A stretch of 64,000 nucleotides of DNA from Francisellaceae bacterium UBA6186 (GTDB taxonomy: Bacteria; Pseudomonadota; Gammaproteobacteria; UBA6186; Azoamicaceae): positions 892-64,891 of the forward strand of contig DITK01000053.1 of assembly GCA_002422785.1 (NCBI GenBank). Reading direction: 5' to 3'. Shown piece after piece: positions 56,582-64,000 of the stretch (position 1 is its first letter; the number at the start of each line of letters is the position of its first letter). The position numbers and the translations under genes were made by a program. The notes below the pieces were generated by a model that did not search any database, had not been told where the DNA came from, and saw only the letters and a list, made by a program, of their open reading frames with translations.

Positions 56582-56875
56582 CTAAATTTTATTGTTTATA
56601 ATACAAGCATATTTATGCAAAACACTAGCAATTAAGGTTTGATACGGCAAACCTTCGTAAACTGCCTTCTCTTTGATCTTTTCTAGATCTATTTTCGACA
56701 ACCTAATATTGATCCTAGCTTCTTTCTTAATATAACGACTAGCTGCCTTTTGAGCCAACTCTTTTTCTTTAGCTACATCAGGAATACTGATCGAATGTTT
56801 ATCATTTAGATTGTCTTCTAGATTTTTTTCATAAGAATCTAGCTTGTTTACTACAGTCTTCTTACGAACGCTCAT
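56582..56875 (-). CDS. Ribbon-helix-helix antitoxin, BrnA/CopG family
   Basis: LDSYEKNLE...KKEARINIRLSKIDLEKIKEKAVYEGLPYQTLIASVLHKYA matches the BrnA-type pattern (syE...kkd.rInIRls..DL..ik.kA.eeGiPYQTLisS.lHKY). GGAGGG RBS upstream. Confidence 0.6.
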   Translation of the reverse strand: MSVRKKTVVNKLDSYEKNLEDNLNDKHSISIPDVAKEKELAQKAASRYIKKEARINIRLSKIDLEKIKEKAVYEGLPYQTLIASVLHKYACIINNKI

Positions 56876-57151
56876 ACTCCACCCTCCATTAGCTAAATTT
56901 AGCCTATTGTGTGCCTTTTGTCAACCAAAGAATCTAGTGGGACTTGAGGTAACGTAAACAACTTAATTAACTGGATGAAATAATAGCAGATTTGTATACA
57001 GCCTATGATACAGTTGGTTTAAGCCAGGAGTTATTAAGTCAGGATACACTGTTATTGGCTGATTGTTTAATTTGCCGAAAAGCAATAGCTTCTGGGAAAA
57101 AAATTTATGAAGGCAAAGTTAATAATCCTCGAAAAATAGTAACATTAAAAA

Positions 57152-57637
57152 ATGAAAGTGATTATGTTAATAATAGACATTAAGAATCTTATAAAACAAG
57201 TATATAAATGTAACATTCACGAAGTCCCGTGTTTTGAGCCTTACATGACTTTTATCGAAGAAGGTAAAAAAACAATTGAAGGTAGAGTTGGAACTTCCTA
57301 TTATACAAAAATCAGATCAGGTAGTATTTTACGTCTACATAACAGAAAAAAAGAAATTTGGTGTGATGTTACACGTACACATGCCTATTCGACATTTAAA
57401 GATATGTTAGAAAAAGAAGGACTTAAAAACATGCTTCCTCAGGCAAAATCTATAGAAGAAGGGGTAAAAATATACAGAAAATTTCCAACTTTTGCTGAAA
57501 AAGAAAATAAGTTTGGAGCTTATGCTATAGAAGTTAAGTTTATTGACCTGGAAAAATTAAAACAAAAAGCTATTGTTATTACCTCTAAAGAAAAACGACC
57601 TCGCAAACAGAACGATGATTATGGACAAGATCGCTAA
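57152..57637 (+). CDS. ASCH (PUA-like) domain protein with basic C-terminal tail
   Basis: PYMTFIEEGKKTIEGRVG...IRSGSILRL...THAYSTFKDMLEKEGLKNMLPQAKSIEEGVKIYRKF...FGAYAIEVKF fits the ASCH pattern. Tail KEKRPRKQNDDYGQDR. The start is uncertain. Confidence 0.5.
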   Translation: MKVIMLIIDIKNLIKQVYKCNIHEVPCFEPYMTFIEEGKKTIEGRVGTSYYTKIRSGSILRLHNRKKEIWCDVTRTHAYSTFKDMLEKEGLKNMLPQAKSIEEGVKIYRKFPTFAEKENKFGAYAIEVKFIDLEKLKQKAIVITSKEKRPRKQNDDYGQDR

Positions 57638-57664
57638 GGTGCACACCCGATGCGAACCCCAAAA

Positions 57665-58429
57665 TCATATCCCAGCAAAATACTCTTGCTCCATGCCTAC
57701 TAAATTTTGAATAATATGCTTAGAAATACCTCGAATATTACGTAATTCAGAATGATTGTTATTAATTATTGCATCTTTAAAACCAGGCTCTAGCAATTTT
57801 AATTTACAATAAAATTTATCCCGTTTATTAGGAAAATTACTGCTATATTTTTGAGAACTACCACGCAAATAAACACATAAAACCCTAATATTTGGCACTT
57901 CGTGGATTAATTTACCAACCCCATAGGTAAAATTTTGGGTGTCAACCCTTCCTTCATGCCCCCTATGCCCTTCTGGAAATAACATAGTATATTCGCCTTT
58001 AAGCAACAAATATTTAGCTATTTTTATCGGTTGATTGTTAATTGTTTTAGGCGCACCTACATCAATAAAAATACATTTACCAATGTAACTAATAAATTTA
58101 TAGAAAAAATTTTTCTTCATATGCGTGGTTTTAGGGAAATTCCAAGCCATAGTATGAAAATTAATTAGATAATCTCGACAAGAACTAAATGCTAGAGTTA
58201 GCAATACAGAATCTATATAAGTTAAATGATTAGAGCAAATGAGCAATGGATCAGAAGTTTTTTCCATTATAGACTTAAATTGTTTACGGATCTCTTTAAT
58301 TTTTAATATACGATAGCTTTTAATTATAAATAAAAACCACCAATAACCCGAATAAAGCAAAGAAAACGCAACAAAACTTATAGCCCGCTGCAACAATAAC
58401 TTGGCTTTTATGGTCTTAGAAATACTCAT
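57665..58429 (-). CDS. PlsC-family (lysophospholipid/glycerolipid-type) acyltransferase
   Basis: N-terminal TM segment. HX4D block CSNHLTYIDS. FPEGHRG (FPEGtRs) block. Confidence 0.75.
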   Translation of the reverse strand: MSISKTIKAKLLLQRAISFVAFSLLYSGYWWFLFIIKSYRILKIKEIRKQFKSIMEKTSDPLLICSNHLTYIDSVLLTLAFSSCRDYLINFHTMAWNFPKTTHMKKNFFYKFISYIGKCIFIDVGAPKTINNQPIKIAKYLLLKGEYTMLFPEGHRGHEGRVDTQNFTYGVGKLIHEVPNIRVLCVYLRGSSQKYSSNFPNKRDKFYCKLKLLEPGFKDAIINNNHSELRNIRGISKHIIQNLVGMEQEYFAGI

Positions 58430-58469
58430 TTGACTCTAATGTTAGTTTAGCTCCGCTAATAAAATACTG

Positions 58470-58730
58470 TTAACTGATTTTTTGTTCAATAACAGCTATA
58501 GCATCCCCAATAGTACGAATTTTATCGGCTAAATCGTCGTCTATTGCTACATTAAATTTATCTTCAATGTCAATCACAATATCAACAAGCCTAGCAGAAT
58601 TTACGCCTAAATCTTCGATAAAACGTGTTTCTTTAGTAACATTTTTTACAGCATCATTTTTACAATAGGGCGTAATTATTTCTACTAAATCATTTAAAAT
58701 TACAGTAGTATCGACAGCATTAATCTCCAC
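58470..58730 (-). CDS. Acyl carrier protein (divergent, not the housekeeping AcpP)
   Basis: 86 aa. Phosphopantetheine site LGVNSARLVDIV (canonical LGaDSLd.VEL), acidic helix II/III. Confidence 0.75.
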   Translation of the reverse strand: MEINAVDTTVILNDLVEIITPYCKNDAVKNVTKETRFIEDLGVNSARLVDIVIDIEDKFNVAIDDDLADKIRTIGDAIAVIEQKIS

Positions 58731-58758
58731 AGTAGTCTCCTAAATTTTAAAATAAAAC

Positions 58759-60036
58759 TTATTTATCCCATCTTTTGAAAATCAAACAGGCATTAACATC
58801 TCCAAAACCAAAACTGGCTTTCGCCACAATATTCAAATCTATTTCTATGGTTTTCTGAACAATACTACCGGAAAATGGCTCCAGCTTAAAGTGAATATCT
58901 TCGCAATTTATTGAACCATGAACAAAGCCATTAGTTAATTGTAAAATAGACGCAACACATTCTATAGCACCAGCCGCCCCTAAAGTATGACCAATTAAAG
59001 ATTTAGTTGAATTAATAAGTGGAAATTCTTCTGGTTTGCAATTTAACGCAGTTTGCCAATTATTAATTTCTAAAGTATCCGCCATAGTTGCAGTTAAATG
59101 TCCATTAATTAAACTTATATCCCTAGTACTAATATTTGCCATATCAAGTGATTTTTGTATGCACCTAACCACACCAAATGGATTGGGTGCCGAAATACTG
59201 CCTCCATTTCTTTGGCCACCACAATTTACATGAGTTCCAATAATTTCAGCATAAATCTTTGCCCCCCGTGCCTCGGCACTGTCTAGACTCTCTACCATCA
59301 AAATACCGGCACCAGCACCAGGCACAAACCCAGAAGCCGTTGCACTCATCGGACGAGATCCTTTTTCTGGAGTATCATTAAAACCCCTAGCCAATACCCG
59401 CATCGCATCAAACGTAGCCCAAGTATATTGAGAAATGCCTTCTGTAGCTCCAGCTAAAATACGTTTAGCAAGACCTGCTTTTATAGCCCAAAAAGCATTA
59501 CTAATGGCCTCTGTTCCCGTACTACAAGCACAAGAATTGGTCGTAACCTGCCCGCCCAAACCAAGTAAACCACCAATATTGGCACTCGATGCACTCGACA
59601 TGGTTTGCTCCACCATAGTTGAACCTAGTCTTTTTACTTTTTTCTGATCAGTAAGTGGTACCACATATCCACCAATCGTTTCGCTACCACCCACCCCAGT
59701 TCCAATAATAGCTCCTGTATCCCAATCAGTAATATTGGAACTAGGATCAACAACTTTAAAACCAGCGTCTAACCAACAATCTATAGCCGCAATCGCTGCA
59801 AAAATCATGCTGCTATTCATAGCTATTAAAGCCTGTGAAGATAAATATTTTTGTTTTAAAACATCTATATTTTGCGGAATACCAGCTAACTGGCAAACAA
59901 AATTTAATTCTTGTAATAATTTAGAATGACGAATACCAGATATCCCTGTTCTTAATGCCGCCTCAAACGCCTCCAACCCATGGGCGTTCGGTGCTATAAC
60001 CCCAAGCCCAGTAATAACAACTCGATTAGATTTCAT
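58759..60036 (-). CDS. Beta-ketoacyl-ACP synthase, KAS I/II (FabB/FabF-like)
   Basis: VVITGLGVIAP. Active-site Cys in NSCACSTG. NDTPEKGSRP. His in INGHLTAT and STKSLIGHTLGAAG. FGFGDVNACLIF. Confidence 0.9.
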   Translation of the reverse strand: MKSNRVVITGLGVIAPNAHGLEAFEAALRTGISGIRHSKLLQELNFVCQLAGIPQNIDVLKQKYLSSQALIAMNSSMIFAAIAAIDCWLDAGFKVVDPSSNITDWDTGAIIGTGVGGSETIGGYVVPLTDQKKVKRLGSTMVEQTMSSASSANIGGLLGLGGQVTTNSCACSTGTEAISNAFWAIKAGLAKRILAGATEGISQYTWATFDAMRVLARGFNDTPEKGSRPMSATASGFVPGAGAGILMVESLDSAEARGAKIYAEIIGTHVNCGGQRNGGSISAPNPFGVVRCIQKSLDMANISTRDISLINGHLTATMADTLEINNWQTALNCKPEEFPLINSTKSLIGHTLGAAGAIECVASILQLTNGFVHGSINCEDIHFKLEPFSGSIVQKTIEIDLNIVAKASFGFGDVNACLIFKRWDK

Positions 60037-60494
60037 ACAGAAACTCCCATGCCAGACGCCAAAGCTGAAGCTAATATATTTTGATCTTGATCATACATTT
60101 CAATTTGTGCACGTAACTTCATTTTTCTCCAAAAAATTTTTTTTGCTTTTACTGTAATAGTATCTCCCGGGTATACTGATTTAAAAAATTCAACTTTTGC
60201 ATCCGTAAACATGGTTATCCAATTTTTGATTTGATCCGCCGGTAATGACATCGACAATAAATAAATGCCAAATGCTACCACCCCAATTTGACACATAGAT
60301 TCTAATAAAATAACCCCAGGAGTTATAGCTTTATCCGGGAAATGACCAGAATAAAAAAATTCATCTTTTTTAAAATTATAGGTTCCACAAATTTCGTTTT
60401 CATTAATATAAATAATTTGATCAATAAAACGAAATGGTTTTTGTTGCGGTATATAATGCAAAATTTCTGTTGGCGTTAATGCTATAGTTAACAT
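60033..60494 (-). CDS. FabZ-like hot-dog-fold 3-hydroxyacyl-ACP dehydratase
   Basis: IPQQKPFRFIDQI and FFYSGHFPDKAITPGVILLESMCQ (F..GHFP..P..PGVL..E...Q). Confidence 0.75.
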   Translation of the reverse strand: MLTIALTPTEILHYIPQQKPFRFIDQIIYINENEICGTYNFKKDEFFYSGHFPDKAITPGVILLESMCQIGVVAFGIYLLSMSLPADQIKNWITMFTDAKVEFFKSVYPGDTITVKAKKIFWRKMKLRAQIEMYDQDQNILASALASGMGVSV

Positions 60495-60531
60495 AAATTA
60501 TATTCTCTCGATCAATGTTTTTCGCAATTCG

Positions 60532-61131
60532 CTAGCTTTCAATTAAATTTCCCCCTACCGCATTATTATCTAAGTGAGGGTAATTACTATACTGTATCCC
60601 AGTAAATACTCCAACTCTAGCATCTTTTATAACATATATAGCCTGTCCGTCGACAAAAACATTGGCAGAACCAATAGCAATTGAAGATCCTGCCGATTTT
60701 CTTTGTACTAACCTTTTAATTTCTACCTCATATGTTACTAATTTATTGTGAGGACGAATTTGGCCAAAAAAATCTACCTCTTTGACGCCCAATGCTCTTC
60801 CCGCACCTTTCGCGCCACAGAGAGTAGCATAAAATCCTATCAATTGCCAAACCGCATCCACCCCTAAACAACCAGGCTGCACCGGATCGGCACGAAAATG
60901 ACACTGAAAAAACCAATCACTTAACGAAATATCCTGCTCTGCTACTATTTTACCTTTATTACCAATGCGTTCTATCTTAGTTACCCTATCAAACATCAAC
61001 ATCGGAGGAGCCGGAAGTATCCCACAACCTTCAAGTGGCGGATCCTTTACTAACGAACCCCACGCAAAAGCTAGCAATTCCTGTTTATTAAAAGAAGTTT
61101 TTTTTAAATAATCATCATACTTAATTTTCAT
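60532..61131 (-). CDS. fabA: 3-hydroxydecanoyl-ACP dehydratase/isomerase FabA
   Basis: LPAPPMLMFDRVTKI, WFFQCHFRADPVQPGCLGVDAVWQLIGFY, GRALGVKEVDFFGQ are collinear with E. coli FabA. Has a ~20-aa C-terminal extension. Confidence 0.9.
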   Translation of the reverse strand: MKIKYDDYLKKTSFNKQELLAFAWGSLVKDPPLEGCGILPAPPMLMFDRVTKIERIGNKGKIVAEQDISLSDWFFQCHFRADPVQPGCLGVDAVWQLIGFYATLCGAKGAGRALGVKEVDFFGQIRPHNKLVTYEVEIKRLVQRKSAGSSIAIGSANVFVDGQAIYVIKDARVGVFTGIQYSNYPHLDNNAVGGNLIES

Positions 61132-61137
61132 AAATGT

Positions 61138-62136
61138 TTATGTAACCTCGATAAGCATTCCGCCCCAAGTAAGGCCCGCCCCAACCACAACTAATACAAT
61201 TTGATCACCTGCCACAAAATTAGACCAATTTTGCGATAATACCGTAGGTGCACCAGCCGCCCCGCAATTACCAAACTGATCAACATTATATAAATGACGA
61301 TCTTCTGAAATTTCAGCCATTTTACAAATAGCACGTAACATCATGAGATTGGCCTGATGACCAATAAAATAATGTTTATTCTTTGCAACATTAGATTGTT
61401 TTCTAAAATGTTCAACAATTGCAACCATTTTTTTAATGGCAAATCTTTGTACTACTGGACCCTCTTGATAAAAATGTCCACCAGCCGGAACAGTTATGGT
61501 ATTGCAAGATGCTGGGTTAGAACCGATCATGATACTAGATATAAAAACATTCGATTTATGTTTTTTAGAAACAATTATAGCCGAGGCACCGTCACCTAAT
61601 AAAACTGCAACTTTTCTATCAGTAAAATCAACACAACGAGTCATATTTTCTGGTATAACTAACAAAATATAGTCAGGTAAACTCTCAGCATCCATTTGAT
61701 TAATAAAATTCATATGCACCGCAAACGTCGAGCATGCAGAATTAATATCAAAAGCCGGAGCATTAATACCTAATTCTGCCGCAATCATACAAGCCTCTGC
61801 AGGCAAAGAATACTGAGGTAAACAACCACCAGCAATAACCATGCCAATGTCTGTAATTGATAATTTAGCTTGCTGTAAAGCACCCTTAGCAGCCATCGCC
61901 CCCGTTTGGGCATTAGAAAATTCTATATGAGAGCCAGTGGTTAATGGAGATTTATTATACGTTTTATTAATATAGTCTAACGATAGTACCGTGCGTCTTT
62001 CTCTGATCCCAACTCTTTCCATAATCCACTCGTTACTAGTGCCTATGTTTAAATCAGTAAGAAATTGATTATCAATAATGTTTGTGGGGTGAAAATGTCC
62101 GATGCCGTGAATAAAAATCATAATGCTTTGTTTCAA
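61138..62136 (-). CDS. Beta-ketoacyl-ACP synthase III (FabH-like)
   Basis: Cys in INSACSTF, His in IGHQANLMM, Asn in FGNCGAAG. Thiolase-fold length. Confidence 0.85.
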   Translation of the reverse strand: MKQSIMIFIHGIGHFHPTNIIDNQFLTDLNIGTSNEWIMERVGIRERRTVLSLDYINKTYNKSPLTTGSHIEFSNAQTGAMAAKGALQQAKLSITDIGMVIAGGCLPQYSLPAEACMIAAELGINAPAFDINSACSTFAVHMNFINQMDAESLPDYILLVIPENMTRCVDFTDRKVAVLLGDGASAIIVSKKHKSNVFISSIMIGSNPASCNTITVPAGGHFYQEGPVVQRFAIKKMVAIVEHFRKQSNVAKNKHYFIGHQANLMMLRAICKMAEISEDRHLYNVDQFGNCGAAGAPTVLSQNWSNFVAGDQIVLVVVGAGLTWGGMLIEVT

Positions 62137-62350
62137 TATTTACTTATTTACATTTCTATTTTTATGATAATTAATACCATAGCTAAATTTTAATTAGCGA
62201 TATGTTAACAGTTCTTTAATTTTTAACAATGTAGTATTTTTAGTTTTGTCGCAAATTTTATTAATAATTTCAATGTCTTGTCAAAACCAATTAAAGTTAA
62301 ATTAACAACTAATACTATTTACCATAACAAGATTATTTAAAGTTAGATCG

Positions 62351-62953
62351 TCATAAAGTAGGTCTAGGTGATTGTATGTATATATTACTAATTTGTTGTT
62401 TACTAGCTAATAAAGCAGTTACTTGCTGCAACAGCAAATCAGCTTGCTCCACTAATTGTTTTGTTTTTACTAGTTTAGGAAAATCCTGCTCAATTTGTTG
62501 AGCATTGATCTGACTTGCGGCTAGATGAGATTGTAAAACATCGGATGTACTAATTAATGACATCTTCTTATCTTTTAAATAATTAATATCGTGCAGCAAT
62601 CTTTCTAAAGCGTGCTTAGCTTGCTCTGTGATTTGTTCACGTGCTTCTTTGTCATAAGCCGGATTATTAAGTATATCTGGATTATCTAACCATAGAGCCA
62701 TTTGTAACTGCCTGCTTAAATACTCACATAGATCTTCCGTTACACTATAAGAATTATTAAATGCTTGGATAGCTTGTTGTATTGCAAGATCTGGGTATGT
62801 TGTAAACCTATGCTGTAGTTTTTGAATAAGATCTTGTTGCATAGTTAATGTTCGTTGTTGCACAGCCGCAGTATCTATTCCTTGAAAATTGCCAAGGCCT
62901 AAATTAACTAATGTATTTAAACCTGAGATATCACTTTTTTTCATTACTTTCAT
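62351..62953 (-). CDS. Hypothetical Gln/Leu-rich coiled-coil protein
   Basis: 200-aa ORF with heptad-like Q/L-rich segments. No signal peptide and no catalytic motif recognised. Confidence 0.3.
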   Translation of the reverse strand: MKVMKKSDISGLNTLVNLGLGNFQGIDTAAVQQRTLTMQQDLIQKLQHRFTTYPDLAIQQAIQAFNNSYSVTEDLCEYLSRQLQMALWLDNPDILNNPAYDKEAREQITEQAKHALERLLHDINYLKDKKMSLISTSDVLQSHLAASQINAQQIEQDFPKLVKTKQLVEQADLLLQQVTALLASKQQISNIYIQSPRPTL

Positions 62954-63080
62954 CCTATCATGTTAAGCGCATATTCTTAATTGTCGATCAGTTATAATAA
63001 TCTTCAATTATCATTTTAATATTACTTTCTTAATACATTACCAACAAGAGAATTTTTTAAAATTAACAGTACTGTTTCAA

Positions 63081-64000
63081 TTATATAAATACCTTACTAA
63101 TAGTTTTAACATTTGTTACTGATTGAATATTTACACCGATAGATTTAAAAAATCCACGTAGTGGTGATCCTGGTCCTACCTCTACTATAGATTTAGTATG
63201 TTTAATAAAATTATCCATATTTTCTCGCCACTTTACACTACCACTTATTTGTTTAGTTAAATGATTAATTAACGTGCTAACTTGCATGTCAGGATAAAAA
63301 CCACCACTATAATTAGAAATAACCGAAGTTAAACTATCAGTATTAAATTGATCTTTAAATTGTAGCAAATAATCGTGGAAAATTGGTTCTATTTTTTGCA
63401 TATAACGTGAATGAAACGGTGATTTAGCCAACAAATATACAACTCGCATAGTTTGATCAAAAAATATTTTTTCTAATTGAACAATAGTTGCTTGCACGCA
63501 GCTTTTATATCCGCTCAAAACTACCTGTTGCTTAGAATTATCGTTAGCTATATCAACCCCAAAAGCACCAGCTATATTATTAATTTGTTCTAAAGGTATT
63601 GGATCCATAATTATGGCTGCCATGCTACCTTCTTCATCTTTAGCTACCACCGATTGCATAAGTTTGCCACGAAAATGTACAATTTTTACTGCTATATCAA
63701 AAGGTATTACCCCACTTGCTACCAATGCTGCATATTCACCTAACGAATGACCTGCAAAAAAAATCGGAGCAAATTTATAATATTTTTTTAATACCTCATA
63801 CGTAGCTATTTCTAGTGTCAGTATACACGGCTGAGTATATTCCGTACTATTTAATTTAATTTCGTTATTTTGACATATATCATACAAATCAAACTGCAAA
63901 ACATCACTAGCTATCGAAAATATATCCCTAGCTTCAGGATAAATTTCATTAAAATCTTTACCCATCCCTAAATGCTGAATACCCTGGCCGGGAAATACTA
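63081..64000 (-). CDS. fabD: Malonyl-CoA:ACP transacylase FabD (5' end runs off the window)
   Basis: GHSLGEYAAL nucleophile elbow. The reverse translation remains open to the window edge (..VFPGQGIQHLGMGKDF), so the true start lies beyond 64000. Confidence 0.9.
   Translation of the reverse strand, partial: VFPGQGIQHLGMGKDFNEIYPEARDIFSIASDVLQFDLYDICQNNEIKLNSTEYTQPCILTLEIATYEVLKKYYKFAPIFFAGHSLGEYAALVASGVIPFDIAVKIVHFRGKLMQSVVAKDEEGSMAAIIMDPIPLEQINNIAGAFGVDIANDNSKQQVVLSGYKSCVQATIVQLEKIFFDQTMRVVYLLAKSPFHSRYMQKIEPIFHDYLLQFKDQFNTDSLTSVISNYSGGFYPDMQVSTLINHLTKQISGSVKWRENMDNFIKHTKSIVEVGPGSPLRGFFKSIGVNIQSVTNVKTISKVFI

Noticed and set aside
56992-57183. 63-aa plus-strand ORF overlapping the ASCH gene start. 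I also tried to read a BrnT remnant on the minus strand here.
   Set aside because: No motif was recognised in the 63-aa peptide. The minus-strand frames give only stop-interrupted fragments (for example ..FFEDY*LCLHKF..) with no convincing BrnT signature.
1-64000. Scanned the ORF-free spacers (all under 280 nt) for tRNA, rRNA, tmRNA, 4.5S RNA, CRISPR repeats, IS inverted repeats, and transposase or integrase genes.
   Set aside because: I found no GC-rich tRNA-like segments (no GGTTCGAATCC-type T-arm), no periodic repeats, and no transposase or integrase motifs in any ORF. A scan by eye could still miss short or degenerate elements.

Overview
This is a visibly AT-rich gammaproteobacterial chromosome segment. 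All calls come from reading the ORF translations and DNA by eye; no database search was possible. Gene content and synteny are typical of a Legionellales/Coxiella-like, host-associated lineage, but that lineage call is inference only. The markers are nusB, rpoS, ihfB, rpsP-rimM-trmD-rplS, znuA/znuCB, lptM-dapF, ksgA-surA-lptD divergent from amgK-murU, and trmB.

The window splits into three parts.

(1) 0.3-18 kb is a reduced MSHA-type type IV pilus locus (MshK/L/N/E/G, two tandem major-pilin paralogs, four minor pilins). It is followed by an LRR-like orphan protein. After rpoS/ihfB comes a second minor-pilin cluster.

(2) 18.7-43.7 kb is mostly housekeeping. Several active sites there are degenerate: a REC-GGDEF protein that has lost both the phospho-Asp and the GGDEF motif, and a DsbC homolog that reads CPYG instead of CxxC. 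There is also an HU-fold protein with a lysine-rich H1-like tail.

(3) 43.7-64 kb is an accessory region:
- An Sfp-type PPTase, an MFS transporter and a stand-alone HD (p)ppGpp-hydrolase-like protein.
- An orphan seven-gene cluster for a small amino-acid-derived metabolite: FkbM methyltransferase, PduX-like GHMP kinase, archaeal-type DtdA-like protein, formyltransferase, EamA exporter, fold-type-II PLP enzyme, and a large ATP-grasp-argininosuccinate-lyase fusion.
- An RHH (BrnA-type) antitoxin with no toxin, tightly coupled to an AAA-like/PD-(D/E)XK protein, and an ASCH protein.
- A dedicated type-II-FAS-like operon (KAS III, FabA, FabZ-like, KAS I/II, divergent ACP, PlsC-type acyltransferase) next to fabD.

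The 46.5-54.9 kb cluster, especially the ATP-grasp-lyase fusion, is my best candidate for an undescribed system. The FAS-like operon may be functionally linked to it. I recognised no rRNA, tRNA, CRISPR array, transposase or integrase.
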